NCBI GenBank assembly: GCA_964016885.1
Contig: OZ024743.1
Location: forward strand, 76,632,001-76,696,000
From: Eledone cirrhosa
Lineage: Eukaryota
Direction of reading: 5' to 3'
DNA: 64,000 bases
The position numbers were made by a program, and so were the translations under genes. Below, piece by piece: positions 39,953 to 53,954 of the stretch; positions within the stretch are counted from its first letter, which is position 1, and each line of letters opens with the position of its first letter. The notes beneath the pieces were generated by a model, which saw only the letters and a list, made by a program, of their open reading frames with translations, was not told the DNA's origin and did not search any database.

Positions 39953-42645
39953 GCAAAAGTTTTATTTAAGATTGTTGGGTTACAACGAGTAAATATTTTA
40001 TAACTGATATAAAAGCACTCAACAGTTTCTGGAGTAGGTTTACGATATTAAACAAATGGAAACTATATTTATATTTATAAAACCATATTTATTTCGTTAT
40101 ATATATTTCTGGGATATCATATTAAAAATATGTTATGCCTTCCTCAGACAAAATACAATACATAAGCTATTTTATAAATAATTAGTGACATACCTTGTGA
40201 TAATGCAACTTCCTTTTAAAAAGTTGATTTGGTAGTGAAACTGTTATGATAGTTATATAGAAAGAAAACGAAGATGAGAAGAAGAAGATGAAGAGATGTA
40301 TGCAAATAAAAAAAGAAGAGGATGAAGAGATGTATGCAAAGAACTCCAATCACCCCAGATCTGTCAAAAATACTATAGTGAACTCTGTTCAAAAACGTAT
40401 CTCTAGAATCTCTTCCAATAAAAATATTTTTGACGAAAAAGCCCAGTATTATAATGAAGCTTTAGCTAGAGCAGGATATAGTGATAAAATTATGTACATC
40501 GATAATAGACAAACTAACCAAAATAACAACAATTTTAATTACAGTAACAACTTTAACAACTATAATAGAAAGCACTACAATAATTTCAAAAACCAGAAAA
40601 GAAATAGAACTTGAAATATAATATGGTTTGCCCCCCCCCCCCCCCCCCCTTTCTCACTAAACATTAAAACCCACATCGCTAAACTATTTTTTAATGCTCT
40701 TGACAAACGCTTCCCTAGAACACATAAGTATCACTCAATTTTTAATAGACATACTATAAAATTAACGTACTCGTCCACCAAAAATTTAGCACAAAATATT
40801 AATAGAATAAATAATAGGAATCTAAAACCTAGCCAAAATACCGAAAATAGCCTAAACAATATTCAACTAAAAAACTTAACTGTAGAGATAGATCTAAATG
40901 TCCGCTAAATAACAATTGCTTAGTTAAAAATATAATATACAACTGTAATGTTAGAACTGATTTAAATTCTTTTAATTATGTTGGTTCCACCTCGACGGAA
41001 TTTAAACTTCGTTATAATAATCACAAAAATTCTTTCACGGATCCAAATAAAAAATCATCAACATCGCTGTCAGGGTTACTCTGGCAACTTAAGCATGATA
41101 AAGTTGGATATTCGATGGTTTGGAATATAGTCTCAAAAGGGATTCCATTTAATTTCTCTTCTGAGACTTGTGACCTCTGCGCGGAGGAGATATTCTTTAT
41201 ATTAAAATCTAAAAATTCCCTTAATTTACGAACCAATTTATTCAGCTGTTGCAGACATAGATTGAACTCAACATTTAAATATAAATATAAATATAAATTT
41301 AAAATGTAGTATAAAATGTAGTATATTTACTTAAGGTATGACTATTTGTGATACTTGGCGATTAATCTTTCGATTCCTTCAATTTTTTTTAAAACCTTTC
41401 CGCATGAATATATAATTAATGAGATTAAATAAACTACCCTATAATTGGCGTTGTCCCCAATCTTTTGAATAAATTTTTAAGCTTGATAAACTTCTATAAT
41501 AAATATAAGAGCATTTGTAGAATAAGTTTTGAATGATTTCTGCTAAATAAGGCTTGATAAACAATTTTGGTTTTGTTTGCTTTTGACTCTGATTCTATGA
41601 CCGATATGCGTGGCATACTATGTTCTCTTGCGTCCCTAGATACTCTGTGGAGTGATGAAGATATTCTTGGCGTTTTTAATTTTAATATTGATATCTGTTG
41701 TCTACTCTATGCTTGATCGATGATCATGCAAGTGAGGCTGGAATGTTATTTTAGATGTTAATGTATATCTTATATGTTTTGTGTCTATATATATGTATAT
41801 ATGTATGTAAATGTATGTAGGGTGGAATTTTTTCTAACGCATTGAAGTTTTTCATGAAGTATAAGAATCAGTGCAGCGTATCACGTAGGTTCACATGTGC
41901 GTCTATATTTATCAACTTGAATTTGAGATAACCTTCTCTTTTCTTTTTTCACGAGAATGCATATATACTTATGTTTGAAGTTTTATCTCAGATTTTGCTT
42001 ATAGACCTAAGAATTTTTAACTGAGCATGTGGTCATTTTTTTCACACACTATCGATATGTGTCTCATTCATGAATACTGATATTTACATTATAATACCTA
42101 ATTCATAAAAATTGATAATTCAAATGGATGAGACATAATATATTTTTAATATATTTTAAATATATCATCTCTCTTTCTTTTTCTCCTATACACTAATTTA
42201 ACTGTATCCCTTCCCTTAACCTCTCACATATACGATGATCATCTGTCAAAAAGCAGCCTACTATGTGTTTTTTTTTTTTTTCTCTTCACACATTATGGAT
42301 ATGTGTCTCTCTCCTTGTATCTCTATCTCGCTCCGTTGTTTTTCTTTGCATACATCTCTTCATCCTCTTCTTTTTTTATTTGCATACATTTCTTCATCTT
42401 CTTCTTCTCATCTTCGTTTTCTTTCTATATAACTATCATAACAGTTTCACTACCAAATCAACTTTTTAAAAGGAAGTTGCATTATCACAAGGTATGTCAC
42501 TAATTATTTATAAAACAGCTTATGTATTGTATTTTGTCTGAGGAAGGCATAACATATTTTTAATATGATATCCCAGAAATATATATAACGAAATAAATAT
42601 GGTTTTATAAATATAAATATAGTTTCCATTTGTTTAATATCGTAT
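39950..42645 (+). mobile_element. 5'-truncated Penelope-like element: thumb, linker and GIY-YIG remnants, 3' UTR, inverted terminal repeat at the 5' junction
   Basis: SNHPRSVKNTIVNSVQKRISRISSN..YYNEALARAGY; IIWF.PPFSLNIKT; CPLNNNCLVKNIIYNCNV..YVGSTSTEFKLRYNNHKNSF; CDLCAEE..LNLRTNLFSCCRH. Arms ~40045-40340 and 42345-42642. Confidence 0.88.
42530..42595 (+). ncRNA. hammerhead ribozyme (inverted copy 40090-40155; relative at 56952-57017 -)
   Basis: TATTTTGT-CTGAGGA-AGGCATAACATATT-TTT-AATATGATATCCCA-GAA-ATATATAT-A-ACGAAATA. Confidence 0.8.
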
Positions 42646-42701
42646 ATATATATATATATATATATATAAGAAGTGGTTACACAACAGTTAGTTCACCATA
42701 C

Positions 42702-42739
42702 CGAGAACAATTGTTTCACCTTAGCGGATCTTCAGCTCG
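42702..42739 (-). ncRNA. minimal hammerhead ribozyme
   Basis: Reverse complement CGAG-CTGAAGA-TCC-GCTAA-GGT-GAA-ACAATTGT-T-CTCG. Confidence 0.7.
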
Positions 42740-42822
42740 TAATGGGCATGGTTATAGGAACAGGAAAACAACCTCGAAGGTTGTTTTCCATGGTTATGTC
42801 ACTATTTAGAAAACAAATTTTG

Positions 42823-42887
42823 TATTTTATCTGATGAAAGCGCACCAAAATTGTCTTGGTCGCCCTTGAAATATATATAATAAAATA
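42823..42887 (+). ncRNA. hammerhead ribozyme (relative at 63099-63161 -)
   Basis: TATTTTAT-CTGATGA-AAGCGCACCAA..TTGGTCGCCCTT-GAA-ATATATAT-A-ATAAAATA. Confidence 0.78.
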
Positions 42888-42954
42888 ATTATGGTTTTAT
42901 AAATATAGTTTCCATTTATTACTATATCGTATATATATATCGTATAATATATCG

Positions 42955-43512
<558 letters not shown>

Positions 43513-43540
43513 TGTCTATATATATGTATATATATATATA

Positions 43541-43935
43541 TGAAAGACGTAAATAAGAAAGTTATGAAAATTGACTTACTTACTAAAATTTCGCTCCAAC
43601 TAATTAGTTTCTGTAAGGGGATAAATATAGTTACGTAATATAACTATAGAGAAGCCTTACGTCATCGGGGAGTCTATTCTCAGCTAAGCTTCCAGGCAAT
43701 GCGGGGACACTGGGAACTTATATAAAAATAATTCAGTGGATGGAAAAAAGCGAAACTAATTAGTTGGAGTGAAATTTTAGTAAGTCAATTTTCATAACTT
43801 TCTTATTTACGTCTTTCATATAATTGTTCTGCATCCTCCTGCATAGAACCACAAAGTTACTAAGACAAAACATATATATTTGCTAGCATAGGTATGCATC
43901 TGTATACATATGTCGGTAGATATATTAATTCTTTA
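43541..43935. mobile_element. inverted PLE-type repeat; CCGAUGA hammerhead at 43593-43673 (-), subfamily of the 18.5-19.4 kb unit
   Basis: Reverse complement ACTCC-CCGATGA-c-GTAAGG...CCTTAC-a-GAA-ACTAATTAGT-T-GGAG; the inverted arm starts at GAAAC (43752). Confidence 0.78.
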
Positions 43936-44364
43936 TATATATATATAGTTATATATATATACAAAAATATGGGTTGAGGAAGCGCCGAAACATCTATGAT
44001 CCGTAGTAAACAGCTGACGAAGGGAAAATTTCCATCTCTTCGCCTTACCTTCTAACTATATATATATATGAAACATTACTTTGACTACATAAGCTCTCTT
44101 GCAATAGATTGAGCATTGTTTTCCTTGATCTTTCATCTACTGATATCCTACATATACCTGTTTATATATATCGTAGCTGTGGTATAACTATGGCCACATA
44201 CACTTGGTCGTATTATTCATGGTGTCACACTTTCTTAACTTTGTATTCACTCTGGACGAAAATGTATTAGATTTTCGTATCATTGAGTGCTTTGTGACTG
44301 CCTTAAACAATTCGATAGGTATCTGCTCTACTGCGGCTCCAATTTAGATTTACACCTTATATTA

Positions 44365-46556
44365 CACTGGTCTGCGTTTCAAAACTTTTTATAAAGGTCA
44401 AGAGTTTTCCAAATGATTTAGGACCCTTTTTGCATGCTGAATTCAAAAATACAGTTTATTTTTCTAGGTCAGGTCTGGTTTCTAAGATATACTCTATTTC
44501 TTTTCCAGCATATTTTTCTAAAATATCGCAATCCAAGCGTTTATGGGCTTTGCTTTTGCAAAACCGGGTCGTGGGTAACCTTTAATAATTATTTTTATTT
44601 CTCTTTTCATGTCTAGAAAAATGGATAGGAAGTGTAAAAACCATTCTAATAGGTTCTGTTACATCTGCGGACATGTGGTTTTTCCAGACCGTCAAGCAAA
44701 AATCACGGATTTTGTGAAGAAGGCATATCACGCTTACTTTGGAGTCAAACTAGGGGACCAGGATAAGCTATTCGCTCCCCATATCTGCTGCAAAATATGT
44801 GTAGAGAACTTACGGGATTGGAGGAACAAGAAAAGGAAGAGTATGCCATTTGGTGTCCCAATGGTGTGGAGGGAAGGGAAAGATCACGTTACCGACTGCT
44901 ACTTTTGCATGACAAATCTAAAAGGCATCAATCGCAAGAACAAGCACCATGTTCAATACCCTGATGTTCCTTCTGCCATAAAGCCAGTCCCCCATGGCCC
45001 CTATCTTCCTGTTCCTGAGCCAAATGTCACCATGGAATCTAGTTCTGATTCCGAATCTAGTGACATGATTGATACAGCTAAGTGTGATGAATACAGGTCA
45101 GAAGAGGACGACCAACCGGTGCCTTTGACCCAAGCCGAACTCAATGACCTGACACGAGACCTGAACCTTTCGAAGGAGTCTGCCCAGCTACTGGGTTCTC
45201 GTCTTCGAGAGAAACGTCTACTGGCGCCAGGAACAACATTCTATTGGTATCGGGACCGCGAGAGAGAATTTAGAAAATTCTTCATGTTTGATGAAGCATC
45301 TTCACTGGTCTACTGTAGCAATATTGCTGACCTGATTGAATTACTTGGTCTGAAGTATGATGCTATGGAATGGAGACTTTTCATTGACTCATCTAACAGA
45401 AGTCTCAAAGCAGTTCTTCTGAATATCGGAAACAAGTTTTCATCGATCCCCGTTGGGCACTCAGTTGAAATGAAAGAATCCCACAAAAGCATGGAACGTC
45501 TGTTGTCTGCTCTGAACTAGCAGAAACATAAATGGTTGATCTGTGGAGATCTTAAAGTTGTTGGACTCATCCTAGGACTTCAAGGTGGTTACACAAAGTA
45601 TCCATGCTTTCTGTGCTTATGGGATAGCCGTGCTGATGACCAGCATTATGTCAGACAAGAGTGGCCATTAAGACAAGGATTAAAACCTGGATCACACAAC
45701 GTTTTGTCCCACCCTCTGGTTGAACCGAGCAAGATATTGCTTCCAACCCTCCACATCAAACTCGGTCTCATGAAGAACTTTGTAAAGGCATTGGACAGGG
45801 AAGGTGGAGGATTTGCTTTCCTCCATCAGAAGTTTCAACGAAAAAGCATGGAGAAAATTAAGGCAGGCATATTTTATGGTCCTCAAATAAGGGAACTCAT
45901 CAAGGATACTAGTTTTGATGATGCACTGAATCCTGCTGAACTCTATGCCTGGTTGTCCCGTAAGTCAGTCATTGCAAACTTCCTTGGCAACCACAGAAGT
46001 TCCCAGTATCAGAAGGTGGTTGATGAGTTAATGGAGAATTTCCGCCAACTTGGTGTGCGCGTGTCAGTGAAAATGCACTTCCTCCGGTCTCATCTGGACT
46101 ATTTTCCAGAGAATTGTGGAGACTTCAGTGAAGAACATGGTGAGCGCTTTCACCAAGATATCAGTGTTACGGAGGAACGCTATCAAGGCCGATGGGATGT
46201 CAACTTTCTGGCCGACTACTGCTGGTGCCTAAAGAGGGATGCGCAGTCTGCTCAGCACAAACGGAAGTCCCTGAAGAGACCATTCATCCATGAGTAGCTT
46301 CCTTAGTTCATTATACTCTTCTTGCTATCTATTCAAAATATTTTGTAAGCCTTCTGTGAATAAATAAGTCTAATATTTTCAATATTGCGTTTTATTCACC
46401 TACAAATAGATCGGAATTTAGGATATTTTTAATGTGCTAATATTTCATTAACCTGATCTGATTGAGTAAAATGAGCATGATTTTTGGATTCAGTGCAAAA
46501 AACTGGCCTAAAATCATGTATTATATGTTAGACCTTGAAAACATCGCAGACCAGTG
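44365..46556 (+). mobile_element. full-length Chapaev (Chapaev3-type, CMC superfamily) DNA transposon
   Basis: TIR CACTGGTCTGCG...CGCAGACCAGTG, 3-bp TTA duplication on both sides, imperfect subterminal inverted repeats, internal transposase. Confidence 0.88.
44609..46297 (+). pseudogene. Chapaev transposase with a single premature TAG (45518-45520)
   Basis: N-terminal Cys/His domain (FCYICG..DQDKLFAPHICCKIC..WRE..DHVTDCYFC), then LFIDSS, ICGDLKVV, GYTKYPCFLC, LHIKLG, KMHFL.SH, SEEHGERFHQD. The two listed ORFs share one frame. Confidence 0.88.
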
Positions 46557-46576
46557 TTATCATTATTATATATATA

Positions 46577-46770
46577 GGGCGGTAGATTGGCAGTACCGGT
46601 AGAGTGTCAGGCGCCATACTTTGACGCATAGAGTTACGGCCCTTGCCATTCTAAGTTCAAATCCCGCCGAGGTTAACTTTGCCTTTCATCCTTACGGGGT
46701 CGATAAAATAAAGTACCAGTAATTCACTGGGTAATTGCTGGTCTTGTGCCAAAAGTAGAAACAATTATTA
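46577..46770 (+). mobile_element. tRNA-derived SINE copy
   Basis: GGGCGGTAGATTGGCAGTACCGGTAGAG head, AAGTTCAAATCCC B box, family body. Confidence 0.82.
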
Positions 46771-46938
46771 TATATATATATAATCTCTACCCACACCAAA
46801 TCGTTTCTCTCCCTATTTAACGTATTAGTGTGTACTTTGTTTTCCTTTGGGTTGGTATCTTAAGGATACTGGCTTAATTAAAGCATTGAATGGGTGGGAA
46901 ACGTATTTCTGTCCTATCCGATGACTTCGTTTCAGTAT

Positions 46939-47017
<79 letters not shown>

Positions 47018-47198
47018 GCGTGTGCGTGCGTGTATGTTTAAGTGTGTGTGTGGAAAGGACCAATGTTTTCAAATTAAATCCATTTTTAATATCTACGATC
47101 GTTTCTATACAGGAGATAAGTTTACATGCATATATAAACAACGAATCAATCGGATAGAATTATCTACACAACACACGAACGCACATAGACAGACAGCA

Positions 47199-47277
<79 letters not shown>

Positions 47278-47315
47278 CCCGCCCGTCCCTTCAATCTATA
47301 TCATTTCTCATTCTT

Positions 47316-47351
47316 TCTTCTGATGAAGGACTAGCGTCCGAAACGTGAAGA
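47316..47351 (+). ncRNA. hammerhead copy with a GUG (probably non-cleavable) site
   Basis: TCTT-CTGATGA-A-GGAC-TAGC-GTCC-GAAAC-GTG-AAGA; sibling copies have GTT. Confidence 0.7.
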
Positions 47352-47646
47352 CCCTCTTCCTGCTACTTCAAGCGTTAACCTAATATATCCCTTCTATATA
47401 CTGTACCGATTGTGTTGTTATTTCTGTTTACCTTTTACATATATACATATATATATATATATATATTAATTAGTTAAGCAAAACAAGGCCACCATAGGCA
47501 GATCTCACACAATGCAACCTCGACAGATGAATACTGCTTGATTATGGCTGACAACTGATGCAACCAAGACACCATAGTAAAAACCAATATATGGAACATT
47601 ATATTATGTAACATTATCCCATTATTTTAATTTATATTCCTTTGAA

Positions 47647-47766
47647 GTTCCGATGAGCTACTCTGTTTTTTAAATATGTTAATTATTTTCAACTGAACCA
47701 GATCAATTATGATATATAGTCATCTGATCCAGAAATATTATATGGAGTAGCGAAACAATTGTAAAC
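47647..47766 (+). ncRNA. hammerhead ribozyme with CCGAUGA core and long stem II, inside a unit with short inverted arms (47469-47493 / 47869-47892)
   Basis: GTT-CCGATGA-GCTACTCTGT...ATGGAGTAGC-GAA-ACAATTGT-A-AAC. Confidence 0.72.
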
Positions 47767-48087
47767 GGACATTATTATTATTAATATTATTATTATTATT
47801 CTCTACATTCCTTACATCAAACTAAAATATGTTGACAATCTTTTAATAATATCTTCCTTGTGAAGTTTGTGGCCTTGTTTTGCTTAACTAATGAATATTT
47901 CCAGCCCTGCGCACCTAACTTCTGCATGAACCCAGCCACCTAGCTGCTTTCTACTGCATATTGCACATTGAACAATGCCTTTACACTTTGGCTTCTAACT
48001 AACTCACCAATCTCTCCTCTCATATCTCCTCTACTATCTCCATCTCTCTCTTTAAGATTGGTTACTCTTGAACTGTTTATATATATA

Positions 48088-48744
48088 TATATAAAATTAT
48101 AAGTTTGAAGAACAGACAGATAAAATATATCCAATTTTTCTTCTCCTTAGTCTGTAGAAATTGACTAGATAAATAATCATTTAAACGAAGCTAAGTTTAA
48201 AATGTAACTTCACAGAAATAACAGATAAATGACACAGACTATCCCCCGCGAGGAACAGTCAGATAAAATTTACCTAGTCTTTCCTCTTAGCCCGTAGAAA
48301 TTAACTAGACAAATAATCAATTAAACGGAGCTAAGTCTAAAAAGCAAGTTTGAAGAAAAAATGTCTATAAACTTTACCAAAATTCTTCTAGTCCCGATAG
48401 TTTCGCTCGTACTTTGTGGATATGTCCAATCCTGGTATTATCCATGAGGTTTCGAGCTTATCAAGAGACTCCCTCAGTTAGGACCAAGATTTCCACAGTG
48501 ATCGCCGCCAGAAATGAATTCAAAATGCGTAAGAATCATCACGTGGCCAGCGGTCAAATTAGAATGTTATCTGACTGTTCCTCGCGGGAGATAGTCTGTG
48601 TCATTTATCTGTTATTTTTTCGAAGTTACATTTTAAACTTAGCTCCGTTTAAATGATTATTTATCTAGTTAACTTCTACGGACTAAGGAGAAGAAAAATT
48701 GGATATATTTTGTCTGTCTGTTCTTCAAACTTATAATTTTATAT
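48088..48744. repeat. inverted repeat (~178-bp arms) enclosing a degenerate UUGAUAA hammerhead (~48385-48466, -)
   Basis: 48088-48265 is the reverse complement of 48567-48744; internal reverse complement reads TTGATAA-GCTCG...CGAGC-GAAACTA..TAG. Confidence 0.72.
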
Positions 48745-48861
48745 AGCTCTGATTAATAATTATTTGGTTAATTAATTATTTCATTGAGCCACACCGTGGA
48801 AGGTAGCCACATACATATATGTATCTGTGACTATGTCTAAATATATACATATATATCCTTA

Positions 48862-48981
<120 letters not shown>

Positions 48982-49886
48982 AATCAATAACCTGACCTGG
49001 AGTGTGCTCAAAAGGGCCATCCCTTATCAAAATAATAGATATGAATGTAGATTATGTCCCCAGGAACTTTTTGAAATAATGAAATCTAAGGATATCCTAT
49101 TAAATAAGCGACAAGAATTAATTATATCGTGCAATCATAGAATTAGAAAAACTTTCAAATATTATAAACCTAATTAATATACACTTATATTTTACAAATT
49201 ATTATAATTAATTTCTTTAAATTAGTTAACCTATAATTAATATTCTACTACGAAGAACTGCATAATTTTATTTCCCTTTTACAGCTATCTTTTCCTAAAA
49301 TTTATACCAATAAGTATACATATAAACTATTTTAATTTCCTGTTATGAATCTAAATTCCTTGTAATCTATATAAGTTTGTTATTTCTCACTAATACATTT
49401 ATCCCCCCCCCCCCCAAAAAAAATGTTTTCCTTCGTTTTTAACAACATTCTTTAATAACATCTAACTTTTATTTATCATATCTATATGAATTAATATAAA
49501 TTTATCCCTATAAATATACCTATCAATTAAATTAATTTAATTTCTTTTTATAGATCTAAATTCCTTATGTTTTAAATAAGATTAATCTTTTTCATTAACA
49601 CATTTATCGTAAAATTTTATTCTCCTTAGAATTTAACATTAGCATTATTCTTTAATAACATTAAATTTTCGTGCACCTTTCACCGGCTTGAAAGTAATCT
49701 TTTCATTCAAAATACTCTTTCCATTCAAAACTGAAGTCTGCATTCCTCTACCCCTAAATTAAATTTCTACTACTACTATTCTATCAACTTAACCACTTAT
49801 TACTTTTCTATTGGTCAATTCAAAACCTGTTCCCAAACAGACCTATTATATTAAATCTTTGTTGGTTTTTTTTCAATAAACAAATA

Positions 49887-50022
49887 TCATTATTTCTGAA
49901 GACAGCATATATATGTGTAGGTATGTATATTCCCTCTGATAGTTTTTAAAATTTTTACATAGATGTATATGATATACATACCAACAGACACATATATCCT
50001 AGAAACGATCGTAAAATGATGA
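49887..50022 (+). ncRNA. hammerhead with long stem II (family of 5591-5726)
   Basis: TCATTATTT-CTGAAGA-...-GAA-ACGATCGT-A-AAATGATGA. Confidence 0.75.
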
Positions 50023-50072
50023 ATTTATAATATAAGGAACTGTTTCTTTGTTTTTATTCATTATTTTTATTA

Positions 50073-50125
<53 letters not shown>

Positions 50126-50233
50126 GGACTAGCGTCCGAAACGTTAAGACCCTCTTCCTGCTATTTCAAGCGTTAACCTAATATATTCCTTCCACATACT
50201 GTACCGATTGTGTTGTTATTTCTGTTTACCTTT

Positions 50234-50280
<47 letters not shown>

Positions 50281-50640
50281 AGAGAGAGGGGGGGAGACCA
50301 CAATTATAGTCTATAAAGTTGGTGTGGTCCCCAAAGGTTACCACGTCCTATACACTGTTTATGAGGTCACAACTTGTTATAAGTTCCCACGCTTCGTTGC
50401 TTTTGACCCCTTGGACAACAAATAACAAAAACATCAGTCCCTACAACCGGTGGCAAGATTTACTTCCACACTCCCCCTTCTCCCTTTTTCTCTTCTTTTT
50501 CATCTTTTTATACTCCCTCCACATCCCGACATGACTCCCACCGTATTTATTTTCTCTCTCTCTCTCTCTCTCACTCACTCTCCCTCTCCCACTCACCTTT
50601 TCTCCCTTTCCTCTTCTCTCTCTTCTTTCCCTCACTCTCT

Positions 50641-50675
<35 letters not shown>

Positions 50676-50790
50676 ATTTTCTTTCTATCAAAAGTTTGAC
50701 ACTTGGTATTGTTTACAATGATTTAATATGATTTAGTATATATAATTATATATAAGTATATATAAGTATATATATAAGTATATAAAAGTA

Positions 50791-52223
50791 CTAGCAGAAG
50801 TTCCCGGCGTTGCCCGGGTGTAAGTCGACCTTTGCTCTGTTGTTAAAATGTGTGAAAGTTACTTCCCACGCATCACAGGTGCAACGTTATTGTTGGGGTT
50901 CACGCTGTTGTTGGTGTTGTTATTGTCTACACTAAAGGAGATCATCATGAAACAGGAGTTGTATTTCCACATTTTACGGCGGAACGTTGTAGCCCTAGTG
51001 TCGTCACCTGTAAGTAGATTCAGAAGAACGTCTGGCGGGTCAGCCAATACCTCTAGTTGCACCTTACCTCCTGCACAGCACATAGAAGGCGCCTCGCCTG
51101 GCCACTTCATTGCCTTGCAGGATGTACAGACATTATCCATTTTGCCAATGGAAACTGTAGGCAGAAGTCCGTAATCCTCAGAGGGGTTATATCTGAAGGC
51201 TGCTTTTACTCAGCCTGAGTTCTTGGAAGCTAATGTATGCCGGGAACGCTTAGCAGCAAGCCTGTTGTCTCTGTCTGCCGTGGATTCCTCTGCAAGCGCT
51301 TGTTGACGACGAAGGCGAACCCCAGCAAGCCTCGTCTGACGGGATGTTGGTGACTCCTCGGCAAGCGCTTGTTGGTGACGAAGGCGAACGCCAGCAAGCC
51401 GCGTCGTACGGGATGTTGGTGACTCCTCTGCAAGCGCTTGTTGGTGACGAAGGCGAACGCCAGCGAGCCGCGTCGTACGGGATGTTGGTGACTCCTCTGC
51501 AAGCGCTTGTTGGTGACGAAGGCGAACGCCAGCGAGCCGCGTCGTACGGGATGTTGGTGACTCCTCTGCAAGCGCTTGTTGATTTTTATGAAAAACATTC
51601 TGTCATATATTTTGTTGACTGTACAATTATTTAAGAATTAAGAATTCTACTCAAAGAACCCTGAATATCTGTTTGTAAAGCCTTCCATTTTCCCATAAAG
51701 AAAGGCGTAGATTTGCATATTTCCACAATATTGCGCCATTGATAATTAAACTATGAATAATTGTCTGCCCTAACTCTTAAAGGTCTCATTTAACGCCTGA
51801 TTTATGAGTTTAAAAAAACTTTCTGAATTTTTGCGGCCTTGGAGTAAGTCCTAATGGTTCTATTATTGTGGTAATATCAAATTTCATTGAAATCGGACGA
51901 ATTCTGAAAATATCGATTTTTTTTTGCCTCTGGGGGTCCGATTATCGATTTTTCGAAAATTTAATGTAGCCCACGTTCATCGCTGGATCAAAATACACAC
52001 TTGCGTCGCGTTTCATCGAAATCGGACGATTTTTGAAAATATCGATTTTTGGCTTCTGGAGGCCCGATTATCGAAAATTTTAAGTAGCCTATTCCAATCT
52101 ACGGGTCGAGTTTTATATATGTGTCAAGTTTCATGAAAATCGGATGAACGGTGTAGCCTGCAAGTTCGGGACACCAAACAAACAAACAAACGACAACGCC
52201 CAACTTCATTTTATATATATAGA
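50791..52223 (-). mobile_element. internally deleted Helitron with both termini
   Basis: Minus strand: A|TC start at 52223, 3' hairpin CCCGGGCAACGCCGGG, then CTAG|T at 50791. Retains the Rep/Hel N-terminal Zn-finger region (CTSCKAMKWPGEAPSMCCAGGKVQL..PP..F...YNSCF). Confidence 0.9.
51275..51580 (-). repeat. 69-bp tandem repeat (about 4 copies) inside the Helitron, likely coding 23-aa units
   Basis: Period 69 (51341, 51410, ...); one minus frame reads RTTRLAGVRLRHQQALAEESPTS. Confidence 0.8.
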
Positions 52224-52240
52224 TATATAAGTATACATAT

Positions 52241-53600
52241 AACTTTGATAACTTTGATAGGTTTCGGCCAGTATTGGCCCAGGCCATGTCTAACTTAATA
52301 GCACCACCTGGCGAAGTCTTACAAATCAGTGTTTGGGCACCATGGCCCACTCGAGCAGAGGGTTTACGGAGGCATATCCGGGTGTAGGAGGCTTATCCGG
52401 GATTTCTTTAAGGAATTTATCCAAAGACTTCTTGAACTTGATGGGATCTGTTTCTGCTTTGATGTGTTTTGGTGTAATGTTGAAGAGAGCAGGGCCAATT
52501 GAGGTGAAATAATTGTGCCGTATTGCTGTTATAAGATGCGAGTGAGATTTTTGTCGTGGGCGGATAACACGGGGCCCAAGCCTTGGGTGTACATTAAAGG
52601 TGATGCCAACATCAATTGGGCAAAGCTGATGGAATATTTTACACATCATGCAGATAATGTAGCGCTCACGGTGACGTTGGAGAGAATAAAGGTTGAGCTT
52701 TTCTAATCGACTCCAATAGTCAAGGCTTGTCATGCCATCTATCTTTTTTGTAATTGACCTTTGGAGTCCTTCAACTTTCATGATACTTTGTTTCGTGCGG
52801 GAACAACAGTATTCAAGGTGGACAACAGTGGACAACAGTATTCAAGGTGGGGTCGGGCAAAAGTGGAGAAGAGAAGGATAACAGTGTGGATATCTCTCGA
52901 CTAGAAAGTTATGAGAATCCAGGAACACATTCTGCGGGCCATATCAACTTTGCTGTTTATATGAGTGGCCCAGCTTATGTTGTTGTTACAATTACTCCCA
53001 GGTCTCTGATGTTATTGGATGCCACGAGAGTTTCACCCGAATGAAGAGAGTACGATAGTTTCAGGGCATCCTTTTTTCCAAAGTGGATTAATTCAAACTT
53101 ATCCTTATTCAACAGCATATTATTCTTTTCTGCCCATTGGATAACAGCCAGTAGGTCTGACTGAAGGCAAGTCCGGTTACCCACCTCATTGATGACCCTT
53201 TGGAACTTGGAATCATCTGCGAAGATTCTAATGTTGCTGTGCTTGATGATGCCAGTAATGTCATTAATGTAGATGATGAAAAGAAGTGAGCCTAACACAG
53301 TGCCTTGTGGGACGCCATTGCTGACTTTGGCAGGGCTTTATTTTACCCCTTCGACTACAACATGCTGGGTTCTGTCTGTCAGGAAACATTTGATCCACTG
53401 TAGTGATCTTCCAGAGACACCAACATTAGATAGTTTTTTTCAGTAGAATCTTATGATCAACCCTGTCAAAGGCCTTGCTGAAATCAAGGTAGATGACATC
53501 AGTGTTGGAGCCCTCTCCCAAAGCTCTCAAAACATCGTCAAAGTGATGCAGGAGCTGCGTTAGGCAGTCCCTTCCATTACGGAACCCATGTTGGCTGGAG
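52241..53600 (-). mobile_element. CR1/L2-group LINE 3' part (RT), degenerate
   Basis: DVIYLDFSKAFDRV, GVPQGTVLGSLLFIIYIND, IFADD, IRDLGV, HLEYCC, LYSLQRHRERY; tail (ATCAAAGTT)2. Confidence 0.88.
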
Positions 53601-53954
53601 TTATATATAAGTATATATATAAGTATGTATAAGTATATATAAGTATCTATAATTATATATAATTATATATAAATATATAAATAAGTATATATAAGTATAT
53701 ATATATATAAAGTATATATAAGCATATATAAGCATATATATAAGTATATATAAGTATATATAAGTATATATAATTATATATTAGTATATATAAGTATATA
53801 TAAGTATATATAATTATATATTAGTATATATAAGTATATATAATTATATATAAGTATATATAAGTATATATATATAAGTATATATAAGTATATATATATA
53901 ACTATATATATATAAGTATATATAAGTATATATGTAAGTACATATCAATTATTT

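Noticed and set aside
43970-44045. TTGAGGA..GAAAC and CTGACGA motifs
   Set aside because: Stems or the GAAA half are missing; a complete hammerhead cannot be folded.
46577-46670. SINE heads as genuine tRNA genes
   Set aside because: A and B boxes are present, but there is no acceptor stem or cloverleaf and each runs into a shared SINE body.
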